Positions 39,004 to 49,806 of a stretch of DNA of 64,000 nt are shown here, one piece after another; positions within the stretch are counted from its first letter, which is position 1; each line of letters starts with the position of its first letter. The notes below the pieces were generated by a model. That model searched no databases and was not told the origin of the DNA. It saw only the letters and a program-made list of their open reading frames with translations. The DNA is taken from NCBI GenBank assembly GCA_963677495.2, contig CAXXOU010000004.1:512001-576000 (forward strand), written 5' to 3'. The position numbers were made by a program, and so were the translations under genes. The stretch comes from Candidatus Cloacimonadales bacterium. Its GTDB lineage: Bacteria > Cloacimonadota > Cloacimonadia > Cloacimonadales > JAFGVF01.

Positions 39004-40095
39004 CTATATTCTCTTCTTCAACTCCATAATGCGATTATAGGACTCTTGTATACGTTCTTTAGATATCTTGCCTTCTTCGACTAATGATTTAATAATCCCG
39101 AAGGCATGTCCCATAATCTTCTCATCGGATTTTGGAGATGCGAAGAGGAGAATATCTACTCCCGCATTAATGGATTTCTCGATAACTTCTTCCCACTCAT
39201 AGTTCTTGTGGATAGCTTTCATATATAGCCCATCGGATACTACAACACCATTCCAACTGAGTTCTTCTCTTAAAAGATTTGTGATTGTTTTATGTGACAT
39301 TGTTGCAGGATACAGTGAATCAATCTTAGCATTGTAAAGATGTCCTGTCATGACCATATCAAGCATATTAACTGCGATTAATCCTTTGTAGGGAATTAGC
39401 TCAGATTCTGTCCAAGTATCTGTGATGTCAGTGAATCCATCATGACTATCAGCTAGAGATGAACCATGTCCGGGGAAATGCTTAACTGCAGTTAGGATAT
39501 TGTGATTATGATGTTCATAAATGAACATTGATGCATGTTCAAGTACTTTTTGTGGGTCAGATGCTAGACTTCTATGAAGTTTAGCTATAACCGGGCATTC
39601 AGGATTAACTGCTACATCAACAACAGGTGCGAAGTTTAGGTTGAATCCAACAGAAGCTAAATCTTTAGCAATGAGACTGCTCCAAGCTCTTGTAGAATCA
39701 GGGTTATCAATCTTACCAATAACCTCAGCAGATCTTGGTTTAGTAAAACCATACTGTTCTTTGAGTCTGCTAACAAAACCACCTTCCTGGTCTACAGCAA
39801 CAAAAAGTGGGGAAGTGGATGCATCATTAAGCTGTGAAATAAGTTTTAAGAGCTGTTCCTTATTCTTAATATTCCTATCACGTTTCTTAGTCTCAGGATT
39901 GTAATCAAAAAGAATAATACCACCCGGATTGTATTGCTTAATCTCTTTAGCAATACGAGTATCCGGTCCGGCTTCCATACCATAAAAGCCAACCATAAGC
40001 ATTTGACCAATCATCTCATCAAGAGAAGGTTTGTCGTTTTTAGAACATGAAAGCAGCAACATAGAAATAGTAAGAATAAGAATCAGTTTTTTCAT
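39004..40095 (-). CDS. GH3 beta-N-acetylhexosaminidase-like lipoprotein
   Basis: Lipobox LLSC, VDQEGG, NFAPVVD and KHFPGHG...DSH. Confidence 0.9.
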   Translation of the reverse strand: MKKLILILTISMLLLSCSKNDKPSLDEMIGQMLMVGFYGMEAGPDTRIAKEIKQYNPGGIILFDYNPETKKRDRNIKNKEQLLKLISQLNDASTSPLFVAVDQEGGFVSRLKEQYGFTKPRSAEVIGKIDNPDSTRAWSSLIAKDLASVGFNLNFAPVVDVAVNPECPVIAKLHRSLASDPQKVLEHASMFIYEHHNHNILTAVKHFPGHGSSLADSHDGFTDITDTWTESELIPYKGLIAVNMLDMVMTGHLYNAKIDSLYPATMSHKTITNLLREELSWNGVVVSDGLYMKAIHKNYEWEEVIEKSINAGVDILLFASPKSDEKIMGHAFGIIKSLVEEGKISKERIQESYNRIMELKKRI

Positions 40096-40116
40096 AAAAA
40101 AACCCTAATATAGTAA

Positions 40117-40139
40117 AGGGCACCTATTGCAGGTGCCCT
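40117..40139 (-). terminator. Hairpin / probable terminator
   Basis: AGGGCACCT-attgc-AGGTGCCCT, followed by TT on the minus strand. Confidence 0.6.
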
Positions 40140-40151
40140 ATATATGAATGA

Positions 40152-41396
40152 TTACATTAATTTATTAAGTTCAGCAAGCGATTCTTTGATAGCTTGAGCA
40201 GCTCTATTGAGTTCTTCATCAGTATGACGATATGCAATATAACCATGATGATAAGGTTGTAAGAAGACACCACGTCTGATGAGTTGAGTATAGAATTCGT
40301 TTCTGAGTTTCTTGTAAAGCTTGTCTGCATCCGGTCTGAATGTGATGAATGGCATCCATGGAGCACCACTGAAATTCACAGGCATTCCACTCTCATCAAC
40401 GATAGATTGAATCTGTTTAGCAAACTTTGTACCTTTTTCATGGATCACATCAAGAACTTTATTCTTCTCTAAGAAGTCGATTGTAGCAATAGCAGCAACC
40501 TGAGCTTCACTATTTGGGAAGTATGTAGATGAAAGGAATACTTCACTTTCAAGCATCTTCATATGCTCTTTCTTACCTACGAGAGCTGCGATAGCATAGC
40601 CGTTAGCCATAGCTTTACCAACTGATGTAAGATCCGGAGTAACACCGAAATACTTCTGTGCACCACCTAATGAGCTTCTGAAACCTGTTCTGATTTCATC
40701 AAACATAAGAACGCAACCATACTGGTCAGCAAGCTTTCTTACGCCTTCAAGGTAACCGGGTTTAGGCATTTCAACCTCATGAGCAAGAGGATGACCTACA
40801 GGTGTTACTATGATAACAGCCATGTCGTCACCATGCTTTTTAAGAAGGTCTTCAAGTGCATCAAGATCATTATATGGGAATTCGAAAGTATCTTCATATA
40901 ACTTTGAAGGAATACCACCCTTCACCTCTACACACCAGTCATGCCAGCCATGATAACCGCATCTTGCGACTTTTGTTCTACCTGTATAAGCACGTGAAAC
41001 ACGGATACCGATTGTAGTTGCATCAGAACCTGTTTTAACAAAAGCAGCCATCTCACATGATGGGATATGCTCAATAAGTTTCTCAGCAAGAATGTTCTGA
41101 TAAGGTTGAGTGAGAGAGAAACAGAAACCCTTTTCCTGAATCTGTTTGATCACTGCATTATCAATCTCTTCTTCTCTATGACCAATAATAATAGGACCAT
41201 AAGCACATAAGAAATCAAGGTACTCGTTACCATCAACATCCCATACTTTTCCACCTTTTGCATGGTCGAAGAAGATAGGATATTCACCAGGTACGAAGTT
41301 GTAAGGTCTTCTTATACCTGCAACTGCACCGGGAACTAATTCAAGAGCTTTTTCATAAAGCTTCATTGATTTAGTTAAATTCAATTTCTCTGACAT
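40152..41396 (-). CDS. kat: Class III PLP aminotransferase, probable 3-aminobutyryl-CoA aminotransferase (HemL-like fold)
   Basis: DVDGNEYLD, KTGSDAT, GYHGWHDW, FDEIRTGFR and GKAMANG. Resembles from memory the Cloacimonas lysine-fermentation Kat more than HemL. Confidence 0.65.
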   Translation of the reverse strand: MSEKLNLTKSMKLYEKALELVPGAVAGIRRPYNFVPGEYPIFFDHAKGGKVWDVDGNEYLDFLCAYGPIIIGHREEEIDNAVIKQIQEKGFCFSLTQPYQNILAEKLIEHIPSCEMAAFVKTGSDATTIGIRVSRAYTGRTKVARCGYHGWHDWCVEVKGGIPSKLYEDTFEFPYNDLDALEDLLKKHGDDMAVIIVTPVGHPLAHEVEMPKPGYLEGVRKLADQYGCVLMFDEIRTGFRSSLGGAQKYFGVTPDLTSVGKAMANGYAIAALVGKKEHMKMLESEVFLSSTYFPNSEAQVAAIATIDFLEKNKVLDVIHEKGTKFAKQIQSIVDESGMPVNFSGAPWMPFITFRPDADKLYKKLRNEFYTQLIRRGVFLQPYHHGYIAYRHTDEELNRAAQAIKESLAELNKLM

Positions 41397-41621
41397 ATAA
41401 ATCTCCTCTTACATATTATTTCTATATGGCATGATTAATCTATTTGTATTCCTGTCAAAGTTTTTAACTAAATTCTTAGTTAACAGGGTTAAGGTGAAGT
41501 TGCGGTTAAATTTTTGTGCAGAGTATAGGATATTACATCGAAATCAGTTGTGTAATCAATAAATTATTAATTGACAGATAAATGATTGTATTTCTCTTTC
41601 AACGAAATGTTGGGAGGATTT

Positions 41622-42902
41622 ATGAGAAAGATTGTAAGCTCTATATTGGTAGTTATATTAATAGCTTTGATTGGTTGTAGTAATGAGTCGACAAAAACTC
41701 AATATATTGAAGATGATAGCACAGAGAGTTATCTTTTAATAAGCTTTGATGAGATGTATGGTAACTATGTTTATCCTGATAGTTTACGACTTGATTTATC
41801 GTTTAATGGGTTAGATCAATGTTATGTTTTTACTAATCTAAATGAATATGCGTTAGTCATTGATAGCTTGGAGGTAAACTCAGTAGTTGATATGAAAGCT
41901 ACATTATATTTTGATGACATGAGAAAAACTACTTATTCTCAGTTTACTAAGAGTACTGGTTCTATAATTGGTTCATTAACATCAAGGTATTATCATGATA
42001 ATGTTATACTTAAACTTGATACAAACCAGGCAGTGCACGTGCATCCATCTGATTTTTATGATTTTACTGTTTTTGACAAATTCTTCAAGCAATACCACAT
42101 TGAAAATGCTGAAGCATTAGCTGATGCATACTTAGCAACTCCTATGAAGTTTATGACAGATAATCATACTTATTCCAATGTTGATGAGAACAATATTCCT
42201 TTAACAGAATACACTCCGGGCGTATGGTCTTATAATCCAGTATTTACGTGTAATAATGCATTTGGGCATCATGATGACTATTTGGAGACAGGTAATGAAG
42301 AGAGTTTGGCAAAGTTTTATGATAATGTTGACTGGTTATTAGAAAATAAAGATGACGATGCTTTCTTAAGATATGAATTTGAGTTTCAGCATGGTCCAGT
42401 TCCTTTAGAACTAGGATGGACTTCTGCGATGGCTCAAGGCCAAGCATTAGCAGCTGTATGTATGGCTTACCATACCTCTGGAGATGAAAAGTATTTACAA
42501 GCTGCTCATGAATTTTATGCAACTATGCATACAAACGTTGGTGAGACCTGGAACGTTTATATTGATGAAGAAGATTACCTGTGGTTTGAAGAATATCCAA
42601 ACCCGGACTTTTGTCATGTTCTTAATGGAAAACTGTTTGGAATGTGGGGATTATGGGATTACTATTGCATTACCAAAAATGAAGATGCTTTAGTGCTACT
42701 TCAGGGTGGAATAGCTTCCATATTGGACAACTACCCGATATGGAACATTGATGGAGTGGATGGATCTCGTTATTGTAAGCACACTACCACTATATCAACT
42801 TATCATAGAATACATAAACTTCAGTTAGCTGCTTATAGGGATATGTTTAATATAGATGAATTTGATGTAGTATTAAATACTTTTACTAATCAAAGGAATT
42901 AG
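41622..42902 (+). CDS. Lipoprotein with D-glucuronyl C5-epimerase C-terminal-like domain
   Basis: Lipobox LIGC; WTSAMAQGQA, WFEEYP, HVLNG, GLWDY and YHRIHKLQL. Confidence 0.8.
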   Translation: MRKIVSSILVVILIALIGCSNESTKTQYIEDDSTESYLLISFDEMYGNYVYPDSLRLDLSFNGLDQCYVFTNLNEYALVIDSLEVNSVVDMKATLYFDDMRKTTYSQFTKSTGSIIGSLTSRYYHDNVILKLDTNQAVHVHPSDFYDFTVFDKFFKQYHIENAEALADAYLATPMKFMTDNHTYSNVDENNIPLTEYTPGVWSYNPVFTCNNAFGHHDDYLETGNEESLAKFYDNVDWLLENKDDDAFLRYEFEFQHGPVPLELGWTSAMAQGQALAAVCMAYHTSGDEKYLQAAHEFYATMHTNVGETWNVYIDEEDYLWFEEYPNPDFCHVLNGKLFGMWGLWDYYCITKNEDALVLLQGGIASILDNYPIWNIDGVDGSRYCKHTTTISTYHRIHKLQLAAYRDMFNIDEFDVVLNTFTNQRN

Positions 42903-42966
42903 CTCTTGTTTGTTGAAGATATTGAATCCTCAATATGAGCTAAATTCCAACTGTGAAACATGCTTA

Positions 42967-42996
42967 AAGGGTAGAAGTTATACAACTTCTACCCTT
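42967..42996. terminator. Bidirectional terminator
   Basis: AAGGGTAGAAGTT-atac-AACTTCTACCCTT. Confidence 0.8.
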
Positions 42997-43022
42997 AACA
43001 CAAATCTTTAAAATCAATTTCT

Positions 43023-44216
43023 TTATTTCATTTCCCAGAGTGAGCTGATGCCCATTCCACCACCGATGCAAAGAGAAGCTAAACCTTTCTTTGAACCGCG
43101 TTTTTTCATTTCATGGAGAAGAGTAACAATAATTCTTGCTCCTGAGCAACCGATAGGATGACCGATAGCGATAGCTCCACCGTTAACATTAACGATATCA
43201 GGATTGATACCACCGACTTCTTCAAGCCCTTTGAATACTGATAAAGACTGAGCAGCAAACGCTTCGTTCAACTCTGCAAGTTCAATATCTTCAAGTTTCC
43301 AACCACTCTTCTTGAGTACTTTTTTAACAGCAGGAACAGGTCCGAAACCCATAATAGAAGGATCAACACCGGCAGAAGCATAGTCGACTAAAGTAGCCAT
43401 TGGTGTAAGTCCTAACTCTTCAGCTTTCTCTTCACTCATAAGAAGTAAGAAAGCAGCACCATCATTGATACCTGATGAGTTAGCAGCAGTCACTGTACCA
43501 TCTTTCTTGAAAGCAGGTCTAAGTTTAGCTAAGCCTTGAGCAGTAACACCTTTGCGAGGGAATTCGTCTGTATCAAAGACAATTGGATCACCCTTTCTTT
43601 GAGGTATTGAGATAGGAACGATTTCATCTTTGAAACGACCTGACTCGATAGCAGCTTCAGCTTTGTTTTGACTACTTGCAGCAAAAGCATCTTGTGCTTC
43701 ACGAGTAAGGTTATACTTTTCAGCTAAGTTCTCAGCTGTAATTCCCATATGGTAACCATTAAAAATATCGAAAAGTCCATCATGAATCATAAGGTCAACA
43801 AGCTTCTTGTCACCCATACGAGCACCCCAACGAGCTTCACGATTGATATAAGGAATTTGACTCATGTTTTCAGTACCACCTGCAAGAATGATATCAGCTT
43901 CACCGAGAGCAATCATTCCTGCAGCAAGGGTGACAGTTTTCATACCTGAGCCACAAACTTTATTAACAGTATATGCAGGAACTGAGTTTGGGATACCGGC
44001 ATGAATTGATACCTGACGTGCAACGTTTTGCCCAAGTCCTGCGCCTACAACATTACCTACAATCACTTCATCAATCATTTCAGGTTTAACTCCGCTCTCT
44101 GCAAGCATAGCCTTCACAACCTGAACACCTAACTCAACAGCTGGTACTTTCATAAGTGAACCACCAAAGTTACCAACTGCACTTCTCTTAGCTGATACAA
44201 CAACTGTCTTTCTCAT
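43023..44216 (-). CDS. atoB: Acetyl-CoA C-acetyltransferase (thiolase)
   Basis: NKVCGSG, ELNEAFA, GHPIG and CIGGGMG. Confidence 0.95.
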   Translation of the reverse strand: MRKTVVVSAKRSAVGNFGGSLMKVPAVELGVQVVKAMLAESGVKPEMIDEVIVGNVVGAGLGQNVARQVSIHAGIPNSVPAYTVNKVCGSGMKTVTLAAGMIALGEADIILAGGTENMSQIPYINREARWGARMGDKKLVDLMIHDGLFDIFNGYHMGITAENLAEKYNLTREAQDAFAASSQNKAEAAIESGRFKDEIVPISIPQRKGDPIVFDTDEFPRKGVTAQGLAKLRPAFKKDGTVTAANSSGINDGAAFLLLMSEEKAEELGLTPMATLVDYASAGVDPSIMGFGPVPAVKKVLKKSGWKLEDIELAELNEAFAAQSLSVFKGLEEVGGINPDIVNVNGGAIAIGHPIGCSGARIIVTLLHEMKKRGSKKGLASLCIGGGMGISSLWEMK

Positions 44217-44229
44217 TATTCCTCCATAT

Positions 44230-45117
44230 CTATTTATTTTCTCGTTTTTCTATTATAATCTCTTCAAGCTCTTTCGGGCTAAAAGTATATTTTTTATCAC
44301 AGAAATGGCATTCTGTTACAACATCTTCATGTTTCATGTCATTTAGATCTTCTTTACTGAGCATTTTAAGCCCTATCCTGAACTTCTCTCTGCTGCAATT
44401 ACACCTATATTCCGGTGCTGTTTCATCCATAATCTTCACATCAAAGCCTTTCAAAACGATCTCTTTAACAATCTTCTCAGCATCAAAGCCCATATCTAGG
44501 AGATCTGTGTAATATGGCATAGAAGAGATGTTCTCCTCAAGTTTTACTATTGTAGCTTCAGGAGTACTTGGAAGAAGTTGAATCAAGAACCCGCCAGCTC
44601 TTTTTACTTCAGCTTTTTCATCTATCAAAACACCAAGACTACATGCACTTGGTACCTGGTCAGATTGGAAGAGAAAGTAAGTAAGATCTTCGGCAATTTC
44701 ACCGGTCCTAAGTTCTGATGTACTAGTATAAGGTTGCTCGTTCTTCTGATGTCTGATTACATTTAGGAAGCCGGAACCAACAAGAGATCCAATATTCTGA
44801 AGCAATACTTTCTCATCATTTTCAGGTATATATGTAGGATTATTAACAAATCCACGAACATATCCACCACGCTCAGTAACAGCAGTTGCCTTACCTAAGG
44901 GACCTTCACCTTGGAGTGAAAGTGTCATAGATTCAGATAAACCTTTTAAATCCACACTCAATAGCATGCTTGCGGTAAGAAGTCTTCCTAATACGACAGT
45001 TGCGTGAGGAGAGCTTTTTTGATATTCCTGAGCTGTCTTTACAACTCCTGTTGAATCAGTTACAACAAACCGAATCTCATTATTGGAAGCTGTTCCTCTA
45101 ATCAATCTATCGGGCAT
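44230..45117 (-). CDS. hslO: Hsp33 redox-regulated chaperone
   Basis: [27 protein letters not shown] and CNCS...CHFC. GGAGG RBS precedes ATG at 45117. Confidence 0.94.
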   Translation of the reverse strand: MPDRLIRGTASNNEIRFVVTDSTGVVKTAQEYQKSSPHATVVLGRLLTASMLLSVDLKGLSESMTLSLQGEGPLGKATAVTERGGYVRGFVNNPTYIPENDEKVLLQNIGSLVGSGFLNVIRHQKNEQPYTSTSELRTGEIAEDLTYFLFQSDQVPSACSLGVLIDEKAEVKRAGGFLIQLLPSTPEATIVKLEENISSMPYYTDLLDMGFDAEKIVKEIVLKGFDVKIMDETAPEYRCNCSREKFRIGLKMLSKEDLNDMKHEDVVTECHFCDKKYTFSPKELEEIIIEKRENK

Positions 45118-45225
45118 TATTCCTCCGAAAATATAATCATTAATTAATATCAAATCAATCTATGTTAAGGATTAAGAAAAATGGATAATGTCAACTAAAA
45201 TCGTAATTGTGTAAATAAAATGAAA

Positions 45226-45254
45226 CCCCTGTCCAGATAATGTCTAAACAGGGG
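45226..45254 (-). terminator. Intrinsic terminator
   Basis: CCCCTGT...ACAGGGG hairpin with a T-tract on the minus strand. Confidence 0.6.
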
Positions 45255-45275
45255 CATACTAATCTATTAAAACTA

Positions 45276-46475
45276 CTATAATCCTTTATCAGATTTGAAC
45301 TTTTCAAGTCCTGTACGGAAGATATGCATAGCTTTTGCTAAGTCATTCTCATTAAGGATATAAGCAAATCTTACTTCACTTAGTCCTGCACCTTTTGTTG
45401 CATAGAAACCGGCAGCAGGAGCAACCATTACAGTTTCGTTGTTCACATGGTACTCGCTAAGTAACCAGATAACAAACTCCTCTGCATTAGGGATAGGAAG
45501 CTTAGCTACAATGTAGAAAGCACCTTCAGGTTTCTTACAAACGATACCATCAATCTTCTCTAGCTCAGCGAAGACGATATCACGACGTTTCTTATATTCA
45601 CCAATTGTGGCATCGAAGTATGACTGAGGTAAGTCAACACAAGCAGAAGCAGCCATCTGATCAATAGTTGGAGGGCATAAACGCGCTTGAGCGAGTTTTA
45701 ACATAGCAGCCATAAGCTCTTTATTGCGGGAAATTACACAACCAATACGTGCACCACATGCACTGTAGCGTTTGGAAACACTATCAACCATGATTGCTCT
45801 GTCTTCAATTCCATTAATCTTTAGAATACTTGTAGCTTCTGTTTTATCATAAGTGAACTCACGATAAACTTCATCAGAGATAACGAATAAGCCTTTCTCT
45901 TTAGCTATCTCAGCTACCATCTCCACTTCTTCTTGACTATAAACTTTACCTGTAGGATTGCCCGGGTTACAGATCATAATTGCTTTTGTTTTAAAAGTTA
46001 TTAAAGCTTCAATATCCTCTTTAGTAGGAAGTGCAAATGCTTCCTCTACTTTAGTTGAGATAGGTTTAATCTTAACGCCTGCCATATCAGCAAAGCCGTT
46101 ATAATTAGTATAGAAAGGTTCAGGTATGAGAATCTCATCACCAACATTACACACAGCTGTTAAGGCAAACACAATTGCCTCTGAACCGGCAGTTGTAACA
46201 ATAATATCATTAACTGTAAGGTCAATCTCATGACCCTTATAATATTTAACAAGATTCTTACGGTAACATTCAAGTCCCTGTGAAGGTCCATAAGCTAATA
46301 CTTTAGAATCAAAGTTATGATATACATCCATCATCGCTTTTGGAGTTTCAATATCAGGTTGACCAATATTGAGATGATAAACGTGGAGTCCTTGCTCCTT
46401 TGCTGCATTTGCATATGGCATCAGCTTTCTGATAGGAGATGCCTGCATGTCTTGTACGCGTTGAGAAATCTTCAT
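45276..46475 (-). CDS. Class I/II PLP aminotransferase (aspartate aminotransferase-like)
   Basis: LNIGQPD, NPGNPTG, SDEVY and SVSKRYSACGARIG. Confidence 0.93.
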   Translation of the reverse strand: MKISQRVQDMQASPIRKLMPYANAAKEQGLHVYHLNIGQPDIETPKAMMDVYHNFDSKVLAYGPSQGLECYRKNLVKYYKGHEIDLTVNDIIVTTAGSEAIVFALTAVCNVGDEILIPEPFYTNYNGFADMAGVKIKPISTKVEEAFALPTKEDIEALITFKTKAIMICNPGNPTGKVYSQEEVEMVAEIAKEKGLFVISDEVYREFTYDKTEATSILKINGIEDRAIMVDSVSKRYSACGARIGCVISRNKELMAAMLKLAQARLCPPTIDQMAASACVDLPQSYFDATIGEYKKRRDIVFAELEKIDGIVCKKPEGAFYIVAKLPIPNAEEFVIWLLSEYHVNNETVMVAPAAGFYATKGAGLSEVRFAYILNENDLAKAMHIFRTGLEKFKSDKGL

Positions 46476-46566
46476 TTCACTACACTCCTGAGATTATTAT
46501 TTTTGCTACTATTTTACAGTGTTAGAAATGAGCAAGTAAATTTTATATGTATGTGTTTATATTATT

Positions 46567-46920
46567 GGAGCAGTCACCATTACAACCAACGGGAGGAGCT
46601 CGTAAGCCGATAGGCGCACAACTTCCGGGTCGCTCGAATGGCTTTAGTGGATAAACGTTTTCTGTATTGACTTATCTTTATGGTATTCAAGCTTTTGTTT
46701 TAACCACGAAAGACACGAAAGACACGAAAAATACTGCATTTCCCTTTTCGTGGTTTTTGTGCTTTTTGTGGTTTGTATTTGTTAGAGCATCTTTCGGAAG
46801 GGAAATAAGCTCTTCTTTAGCTGAGAGACTAAAGCTATCGGAGAGTTCCCTCTACTCGTTCGTATCCTCACTCGATCGGGATGACAAGCATGGTTATGGA
46901 TTTACCATCGCAAATCCCAT
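46567..46920. repeat. Composite palindromic repeat with nested 9-bp tandem/inverted element
   Basis: Homologous to 55518-55545 and to the 144-bp unit at 55679-55976; interrupted by (CACGAAAGA)x3 and its inverted copy at 46702-46773. Confidence 0.85.
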
Positions 46921-46978
46921 TTGCTTCGTAATCCTAAGTGTAATGAATGCCAATTTAGCTATATTTGACCAACAGAAT

Positions 46979-48073
46979 CTAAAACTCCTCTTTACCCCCA
47001 ATCTTTATCTCGTAGCCCTCGTCACCCCAAGCGATATCACACTGGAAGTTGAACTTGTTCTTTTCGATAATAGTATAGCGTAAGCCTGTACCTACAGAAT
47101 ATTTTAAGTCATCATATGCGATTGCTTCGATTGTAGGGGAGACAAGACCTGCTTCAGCGAACACAACATATCCGAATGGGTAAAGTATAGTATCCTTTGG
47201 AAATAGGAATCTGCTTTCGGAGCGGAACGAGATTCTATTCTTATCAATGAATCTATTGGAACTGTAAGCTCTTAGTTGGTCTCCTAACTTTGCCATCATA
47301 TAGAAAGGTACATCTCCCTGATTAATCTCAAAATCAAACTGATTAGCTACAACAGTCCTGTTTATTAGGGAATAATAGGTTCTTAAATCAATATGGTATT
47401 TCTCAAAATCGTAATCACCATATGCCTCTTCCATATATTTATACGCAGATAACGTGAACTTTACGCCGGAATAGGGGAAGTAGGGACCATCTGTAGTATC
47501 AAACTCAAGCATTCCACCGAGTCCTGCAACTTCTGAAGTCTCAGAACCGGGTATCGTTAAGCTACTAAGAATACCTTCCTCATCATGTTCTGGGTAATCA
47601 TAATGTTGCCAATCGGCTCCAACACCTAAAGAAAAGTATTCGTTAAAGTATTTATGCAATTCGGTTTTCAGAATATATTTATTAGTGGTATACTCCTCCG
47701 ATAGATCCTTATCTGTTTCATTTCCAATCCCATAGAATGTGTCAGGCCATTTCCTGAACTTAGCTTCAGATTTAACCTTCCAACTTCCAGACTTATATGT
47801 CGGTCTCATTCGTAACTCAAACTGCTCTTTAAGTGAATACTTAGCAGTTGTATCAAAAGTAAAGAAGTTACTTCTTTTATTCACGTTCCCGGGATTAATA
47901 TATACACCTAATCCGAACACTGCACTTGTTTCGCTAGAATAGCTGAATCCGGGCATGATAATATACTTTGGATTCAGGAGTGCTTTATATAGAGCTGATT
48001 GCCTCGTGAACTGTGCATGCAACGATGTCAGTCCCAGTAAAGCCATCAGCAATAGTGGCTTTAATAATCTCAT
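46979..48073 (-). CDS. Omp85/BamA-TamA-family beta-barrel protein without POTRA domains
   Basis: Signal peptide, FYGIGN, LRAYSSNRF (VRGF-like lid), GTGLRY and C-terminal EEF. Confidence 0.85.
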   Translation of the reverse strand: MRLLKPLLLMALLGLTSLHAQFTRQSALYKALLNPKYIIMPGFSYSSETSAVFGLGVYINPGNVNKRSNFFTFDTTAKYSLKEQFELRMRPTYKSGSWKVKSEAKFRKWPDTFYGIGNETDKDLSEEYTTNKYILKTELHKYFNEYFSLGVGADWQHYDYPEHDEEGILSSLTIPGSETSEVAGLGGMLEFDTTDGPYFPYSGVKFTLSAYKYMEEAYGDYDFEKYHIDLRTYYSLINRTVVANQFDFEINQGDVPFYMMAKLGDQLRAYSSNRFIDKNRISFRSESRFLFPKDTILYPFGYVVFAEAGLVSPTIEAIAYDDLKYSVGTGLRYTIIEKNKFNFQCDIAWGDEGYEIKIGGKEEF

Positions 48074-48079
48074 TAAATG

Positions 48080-49615
48080 CTATTTCCCTAACTGTTTTTT
48101 ATTATGTAATTTCCTGCAAATCTTTTCAACTTCTCTGAAGTTAACTTTTCCGCTTCCCATGAGAGGAAGCTCATCAACAGTAAAGAAATCTTTGGGTATA
48201 GAAATAGCAGGTAGCTTCTTTTTCAACTGCGCTTTAATCTTTTTTATATCAACTTCCTTGTCTGTTAAAGCAGCAACAATATCTGCTCCCTTCACAGGAT
48301 TAGGGATCTCCACGACACAGCAGATGGAGTCTTCGGGAAGAAGGTCATCTAAAGCGTTCTCTACATTCACTAGTGATACCATCTCGCCACCAATCTTAAC
48401 GAATCTTTTAAGTCTTCCTTTATGCCATAGGTAGCCATCTTTATCCAGCATTCCCATATCACCGGTATCATACCAACCATTTCTGATTCTAAGTTTGGTC
48501 TCTTCATAGTCACCAAGATACCCTTTCATCACCAGACTACCTTTGACCATTATCTTACCTACTTCACCTGCACCAAGCTCCTCTTCTGTATCTACATGCA
48601 GAATCTTTACCTTAGTGTTTGGTAATGGTTGTCCAATACTACCAGGTTTATTGAAGTCTTTTGAGTTAGCTGAAACAACCGGACTTGTTTCGGTAGCACC
48701 ATATCCTTCAAGCAAGACTTTACCATGAACTTTTTGATACTCTTCTCTTAGGTGGTTAGGTAGCTTGTCAGCACCTGCCATCATAATGTTGAGTGAGTCA
48801 AAGTCACCTTTCTTAGCTTTCTTCAGATAGCCGTGGAAGAAAGTAGGTGTTCCCACCATCATCGTAATCTTCTTCTCCTTAATATGTTCTACTATTTGCT
48901 TATAATCAAGTGGATTAGCAAATGCAATCACAGTTGCACCAAGAGTCATTGGAAGGAAACAAGTAACAGTCAAACCAAACACGTGAAAATAGGGGAGATT
49001 ACCAGCAAAGACATCTTTGTCACTAACGTCAAAACGGGCCGGTACACCCTCTACATTGTGAGTTATATTTCTATGTGTCAGCTGCACAGCTTTCGGATCT
49101 TTTTCACTACCACTAGTAAAGAGAATTACAATGTTGTCATCACGTTCAGCTGCAGGAACTGATTTAATTATAAATGAAGCAGGCATTTGAGCAAGTAGAG
49201 CTGATTTAGCCTTATCAATTGTCGAAATATCATTAAGAATATCTTCAATGTATATCATTCCATCCATTTCTGGAATGTTGAGTTTATCACAAAGTTTTTT
49301 ACTCGTAATGAAATTCAGAAAACTGCATTTCAGTTGAGCATATTCCGCATTCTTCTCCGCACCGGTTGAGTAGTTAATCATAACAGGAATTTTTCCGGCT
49401 AACAGTGTGGCATAGATTGAAATAATACAACCTGCAGATGTAGGAATCATAATTCCAATATGTTTCTCAGGATAATGTTTCAATTTGTCAGCTAGAATCA
49501 GTGATGCTATTAATAGCTTGTTATATGTAAATGAACGCTTACTCATTACGTCATAGACAGCAACTTTGCGTCCATATTTCTTTGCAGTTTTAATAAATTC
49601 ATGATGCAGAATCAT
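48080..49615 (-). CDS. AMP-binding acyl-ACP/acyl-CoA synthetase (Aas C-terminal-like)
   Basis: LFTSGSEKDPK, EGYGATE, WYDTGD, GRLKRFVKIGGE and GSGK. Start is uncertain (49615 or 49639). Confidence 0.9.
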   Translation of the reverse strand: MILHHEFIKTAKKYGRKVAVYDVMSKRSFTYNKLLIASLILADKLKHYPEKHIGIMIPTSAGCIISIYATLLAGKIPVMINYSTGAEKNAEYAQLKCSFLNFITSKKLCDKLNIPEMDGMIYIEDILNDISTIDKAKSALLAQMPASFIIKSVPAAERDDNIVILFTSGSEKDPKAVQLTHRNITHNVEGVPARFDVSDKDVFAGNLPYFHVFGLTVTCFLPMTLGATVIAFANPLDYKQIVEHIKEKKITMMVGTPTFFHGYLKKAKKGDFDSLNIMMAGADKLPNHLREEYQKVHGKVLLEGYGATETSPVVSANSKDFNKPGSIGQPLPNTKVKILHVDTEEELGAGEVGKIMVKGSLVMKGYLGDYEETKLRIRNGWYDTGDMGMLDKDGYLWHKGRLKRFVKIGGEMVSLVNVENALDDLLPEDSICCVVEIPNPVKGADIVAALTDKEVDIKKIKAQLKKKLPAISIPKDFFTVDELPLMGSGKVNFREVEKICRKLHNKKQLGK

Positions 49616-49806
49616 AAGAAAGTCCTTTTTGAATTTCATTCAATTAACGATTAAGGTCAATATCTATTACTAAATAGAGGAATTCTTTAATGTTGTCAAA
49701 TAATAAATGGTATAAGTGCAATGATAGTGAATTCCTTTCAATTTCTTTATGCAAATCCTTTACTACCATTCTGCTCCCATTCAATTGATACTCTTTACAA
49801 TTAACT

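Noticed and set aside
40152..41396. hemL (GSA aminomutase)
   Set aside because: Lacks the typical HemL GGVNSPVR and YHGH motifs (has GIRRP and YHGWHDW) and has no tetrapyrrole context.
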